This document shows, one piece after another, positions 58,211 through 64,000 of a stretch of 64,000 nt of DNA. Both the position numbers and the translations under genes were made by a program. The stretch's first letter is position 1. Every line of letters begins with the position of its first letter. The stretch comes from Somniosus microcephalus (lineage: Eukaryota), in NCBI GenBank assembly GCA_052327205.1, contig CM126222.1, forward strand, positions 47,554,001 through 47,618,000. Reading direction: 5' to 3'. The notes beneath the pieces are model-generated. The model saw nothing but the letters and a program-made list of their open reading frames with translations, made no database searches and was not told the origin of the DNA.

Positions 58211-61200
58211 TGGGGTTGGGGAGGGATGGTGTAGTGTAGGCATGTGTTTTACATGCCATCCAATAACCTCCTGATGCCCCACCAGAGCCCATGTGGTGCA
58301 TTTGAGTTTATTCATCTTTTCCCACCACCCTCTGACTCGCGTGCCTGCTTCTTTACGCACCCTCCTGCTCTCTTGCTCTACCACTCGCGCTCTCTCCTGC
58401 TCTCTCCCAGCTCTCCCTTAATCATTGAGTAGCAGATAGCATGAGCTGTCATTTTCAATACAGTAACGGTGCATTCGACAGTGGTTGTCTTGTTGCTGGA
58501 TAGATGATTTAGCAATTATTTTATGTAAACATTTTTAAAACTACTAAGCTAGTTCCCTGTCCAATCCCAAAACTGTGTGCTCACTTAACTACTCAACAAT
58601 GTAAAAACAAATGTGAAAATCTCATTTACAGGAGATTCCTGTCCAAATACTTTAGTGCCCTCAACTGGAAAGAAAATGATAATTTGCGTAAATACACAAA
58701 CATCACTTGGAGAAAAGTAGCACACTAGGAAAGCACTAGAGGGCACCAACGCCCATACTTTAATGTGTTTGAATTAATGGGCTTAAATATGCAAAAACAG
58801 ATTCCTCCCTGAGTTTAAACCAATTAAAATTCTCAATTCTAAATATTGTGCTCAATTCAGGAGGGGAAAAACATTTATTGTACTTGATCAAAATCTGGAA
58901 GCAATTGTCTTTTCCTCATTTGCCTGTTGGTCACAAGAAAAAAAGTTGAGTTGCTAAGGGGAAGTTTTAAGTGATTTTTATCGTGTTTTTTATGTTATGC
59001 GTGCCACCAAGTATGTAGTAGTGAATTGCTTTGAGTAAAGGGGCTAATACAGGCAACAATTCATGTATCATTACACAGCCACTTAATTTTTTTTTTTTTA
59101 AATTGGTAACTTGTATAAAATCCTAGCCCCAGCCACGTGCGCTCTCGCACGCGTTCTCGTGGTTAATTGATTTCAGCAGAAGGCTCCAATGTTAATAACC
59201 AGACTATCGCTACCTTTCCATAGTGTATTCTGATGTAAAACAGGAGCTGGTTTTTAAAGTTGTATAAATACAATGAAAATTGTATTTCCCAAATTAATCT
59301 GTAGACTGCCTGGTCCAGTGGCATTCCAGTCTCCTTGGGCTGCTTATTTAAATTTTCAGCTCGTGCATGGAGATTCTGCAACAAACCATAATGCAGCCGC
59401 TTGAATGATAATAGCTTTATTCTTGTAAAATTAAACCTCTGTTGCAAAAATACATTTGTACTGTTAAATTTTATAAAATAAGCTTGCTCATCTATCTTGC
59501 CCCCCCCCCCCCCCCCCCTTTGTGTGCCTAGTAAAATTAAATGCATCCTGACTATTGAAATGGCACCTCAAAATTGCAGTCAGGGCTCTCCATCAATGGG
59601 GTGCAAGTGACCAAGGCTATTTTCATGCCATTATCTGTTTTCTGAAGAATTGCAAGTGTTGGTTAATGTGGTGTGATGGGGGTTTCAGTGCAGGTGGAAT
59701 GTTCATTGTGGGTATTGATTATACGTTGAGGAGCAACAGGCAAACCTGGTCAATTTTGACTACAGTTTAAGAACTGTCAAAGATTAAATAACTGGAATAT
59801 CGTGGTTAAGGAATTTTGCTGAAAATGGCAATGCAGTATGTGCCACAATCAATTTTGGGAGGTACCAATTTTAGAATTCACCTGCATACAATAGAAATTT
59901 AGACTACATGAGTGAAAGATTCAGTACTATGGGTATTTTTAAACATATTTAAAAAAGCTATGCAGTGGTTTTCAATTTGGTTGAATTTCTTACAAAGATT
60001 ATCTTGACTTTGAATGGAAGGGGATCTTGCAACATACCAACATGTAATGCACCAAGGGTGACCGTTTATAGAAATTACTTTTAAAGCTGTTTTGGCTTTG
60101 CTTGGTGAGGTGATGGGCATGTGACTGTTCAGCACTTTTTTTTTACAAGTCAGTCATTTAGTTACCATGACTTGCATGTGATTAGCTGGAGGACACTGAC
60201 ATTTGGAATGTGTGACTGAATTATTGACTAATATGGGCCTTTGAACAAGCAAAACACTTCTAGAAATGGAAGGAGCTAGTGGGTGGGGAGGCGGGGGGGA
60301 GAATATCTGAATTTACTTTTTTTTAAATTCCTCATCATCAAAGTGGCTGCTCACTCTGGGGTACAATTCCATGGGTGATGGCCAACTGACATTCACCCAG
60401 GTGGCTATTCTTTGTGCAAGCCTCAATAGTGATGCCCAAGGGTGTCAACAGTTGACCTCAATCCTGGCCATTCTAGTACACTTCCAGCAAGGTCATGACT
60501 GAATTTGAGACCGCATTGATCTGAAACCATTGCGTTTGCAATGTTTCCACGCCATACAAAGCAGTTGATTTAATGGAATTGTCGGTGCTTGTGAGGGTGA
60601 CCTGTATTCAGAAAAGCATTGCCTAAACAATGAGTTCTCCTAGAATAGCACTTATTGGATGCACTACACTTTTTTTAGAACCCTTGCCCTCAGGCTGCAC
60701 TGCCAAGGCAAGTTGAGACCAAACACTTCCTAATTTGTGGGGTGGTGATTAGAAGGTGGGGGGGAAACTAGTGGAGTAGAGAAAAAGGAATATAACCTGG
60801 GTTGAGTTGTCCAGGGACAGACTTGCTGATCTTCTGGTAGCAGAAGCATTCCTTAGCTCTTAACTCAGGGATGGTATGTGACCTGGTAATCCTATGCCAT
60901 TTCATTTCCCCATCTCAAGATCTTCCATTCAGGAGAACTCCTGTGGAAGTTCTACCCCCTACAGTTTCATCTATTTGTGCAGCGGCTGGGAGGAACTACG
61001 GAGGCAGGCATCAGAAATGCAATCGTGCACAGACGCTTCTAATTTAATTGAATGTCAGTTCAGTTATGGCCCAGCCAATGTCCTCCGCATTGTCAATTTA
61101 TATTTATAAAAAAAAAAAATGCACTAACCCTTTGAGTGGATTACCAAGGATGCTAGCTTATCTCTCTTCCCATGTAGTACAGGTAGTGTTTGATGCGTGA

Positions 61201-63177
61201 GGGTCTGGTTAGTGAAGTCCACAATGCAGCTGCTCAATTCCTTTAGAAATGAGTTTTGACAGGTTACTAAAGAATGCAGAGTTTTGACTGGTTGGTTAGT
61301 TTGCTTGAATTGTTGACGTGTGGTTTTTCTAACTTGTACCAAGATTTTAAAACATTTCAGCCAGTCATCTGTACCAAAGTTGAATTACTTCTGTTTTCTC
61401 ACCTTTTCCCCTTTTTCGCAATGTTTGGGTAACATGACACCATACAGATTGCAGGTCCCTAATGTTGCTTGATTTGAACACCTATATTAAAATAAATTCA
61501 AAATGGAAGTGCTGCTGCATGTGTCCAGTGCTCGGCTCTTGAGCTATGCTTGAGCTGTCTCTGGAGCTAGCTGAAAGCTTGCAGTGCTGGAAGGCCAACT
61601 CAAAATTAAATGTCAATTTGTAGCACGATGTGAAGTGTGGGGCCTGGGTTTGTCTTTAACTTCCCCATGTACTGAGTTTCTGAGCTTGGCTGCTAAAATG
61701 TGGTGAGATGCAGGCCATCACCCAGGTAGCGAGAATTTGAAGGGACTATATTGCTCTAGATACTTTGCACACAGTGGTGGAAGAAATAATTACATAACTT
61801 GGAAGAGAGAGGCCTCTGGCTGGAACAAGAGCAAAAGTTCTCAGAAATCCTGGTTGATTGTAAAGCAAAAACTTCATTGACTTTAATGTGAACATTTGTG
61901 AAAATGTCCATTACTGTAAGGCAATGAGAGTTGTAAACACTTTGCACACATGGACTTTGACAAGTGTTCATGGTTCAAAAGTTTTTATTAAGCAGTTGCA
62001 GTTAGTTATCGTATACAATTTCAAAAGGCAGTCTGTTGGATTGGCATTTTCCTTTTGTCAACCATGTACATGCCCTGAGGATCTGGAGGTGTTCACCGTT
62101 TTATGAAGTAAAAGCTTTGTTGGTGTGACCGCTACTGAGATTATAGCTGCACCAACAGATTTACAGAAATTGTTGCAATTGCACTTTTTCATATCTTTGG
62201 AAAGGTGAGATGTGCACATTTAAATGCGTTTAGTAAAGGAAAGAGGTGTTCCCGTTTCAAATGCTAGCCTTTTATTGGGACTGGTACCTGAAGAATGACG
62301 CCCTTTAAATCTGTGCCTGTTGAGAACCAAGCAAAATCTGCAACAAAAAAAAGTGCTTCATTTGTATGTTTTCTCCATTCTCGGTCATTTTTTTGGGGGT
62401 GGGGGGGAGGAAGTCGCCACTGAAATCCCTGACTAATACAAACTTGCCAGTTGTCTGAAAAGATGCTGGTACTGGCCATCAGTGTTCGGATTTCTCTTCT
62501 AGGCAAGAGGGAGGCTGATTCTCCAGCATGAAGTGTCCTGACTACCTTAATTACTGCAATATGGGCAGTAAACCTGAATTATTTGAGCAGTTAGTCCAAT
62601 TATATAATCCCACATTTTATCAACAATTCCTGGAGTAGCCAAGTTTGTATTGTAAATTTGAGAACCTTTGTTTTTAAAAAAAAAAAAAAGTATATCGTAT
62701 GTACTTTGTAAAAATAGATGCACTTATTTAAAAAAAAAAAAAAACAATTCAGCACTGCAACTGGAAAAGTTCTTTATAAATGAGGGTGGCACTCAGTTCC
62801 TTCAGAGCTACACGTATGACTTGCTCTCTACCTCCTAGTTTTCCTTCAGCAGAGATGGGAGTGGGTGGGCAGGAATTTCTCTTTCGGCGAGTAAACTTTG
62901 CTGCGGCTGAATATCTGCCCTCCCCACGGCAGTGGCTCAAAAGGTGACCTCCCTGAATGCGGGGCTGGAAGTTGTTTTACCAAGGGACAGACTACTCAAA
63001 ACATGGCTGGCGAGGGAGCGGGGTGTTCATTTATACCTTTTGATGCTTAAAACAAGTATCCAGTTTCTGTGTTCATTGAAACATCCCAAACTGTGGAGGT
63101 GGCTCCTGGTAAGTCTCTGAAATGATCATTCACTTGACTGTACATAAATGAGAATTGAGGTGAAACTACTTTTAGTA

Positions 63178-63272
63178 AAAGAAAGATTTGCACTTCAATA
63201 GCACCTTTCATGACCTCGACATTGCAAAGCGCTTTACAGCTGACTAAGTACTTTTAGTCACTTGTGATGTAG
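63178..63272 (-). mobile_element. DeuSINE 3' tail fragment
   Basis: TTTGCACTTCAATAGCACCTTTCATGACCTC...AAAGCGCTTTACAGC. Confidence 0.7.
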
Positions 63273-64000
63273 ATTATTGACCTGGTTCAACTTTAGGGGC
63301 CCATGAGAAATTTTAGTGCATGTGAAGATATATTCTCATTTAAAGCATGACTAATTTAGGTTTGTGGGAAAAAAGCTCTTAGCTGCTAACTCACTTGACT
63401 ACTGGGACACTTGACTTCAAGATCATGCTCCACATTCTTGCATCTTTATCTTGTCCCTATTGCACTGTGCCAACATCTTCCTGCATGTGTTCGTCTACAT
63501 TGCTTTGCTGCACTCACCTTTCCCCAGCATGATGGTGCATACTCTCTAGGATGCCAAGAATCTCTGGTAAGTCCAGGTTTTACTTTATCATATCCAGTGT
63601 ATGCTCTACTCTTTGTGTGCTAGTTTCCTTTGTCATCAGCATGAAGAACACAGTCACATTTTGTAGAAATCTCAACCCAAAAGGGAAAGTAAACAGATTA
63701 TTTCAATGCCAAATATTTTTTCTTGCCAATTTTATTTAGAGTAATCCTTTGAGGGACTCCTAGAAAGCCTAGAAAATGGATCTTGTGTCCAAGTGGAAGA
63801 GCTCCACTAATGTCAAGAAGCTTGTTGATTAGCAGCTAATCAAGTTTAAAAACAAATTGCAGAATATAAATGGTCATTTTCTGTAATGCAGTTAGTACTG
63901 GGGTTTTGCTGTGTTCATCATATGGAAGCTCTCGAGTGACTATTAAAATGATAAAGGGCTCTTGGTTAGTCTTGGAAATGGGTGTCGGAGTTGGTGTCAG

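Overview
Eukaryotic, repeat-rich vertebrate DNA, most likely a cartilaginous fish: it carries HE1-type V-SINEs, SacSINE1-type DeuSINEs and shark-type CR1/L2 LINEs. The organism is inferred from repeat families, not from a search. The window is mostly intronic sequence of a + strand gene recognisable as MXRA7. Its exons are 25964-26004 (probable), 31072-31129, 44111-44199 and an alternative terminal exon at 54656-54689; exon 1 was not found. The introns hold many retroelement and DNA-transposon relics. These include a near-intact young CR1 ORF2 (APE endonuclease + RT) nested antisense inside an older CR1, solo LTRs, Tc1/pogo-, hAT- and Harbinger-like MITEs, and Penelope-type termini carrying minimal hammerhead ribozyme motifs. 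The main anomaly is that the conserved MXRA7 exon at 44111 lacks its last codons and splice donor and runs into a stop. Most ORFs in the supplied track are not genes. Family names are from recalled consensus features and need Dfam/RepBase confirmation; boundaries of old fragments are approximate.
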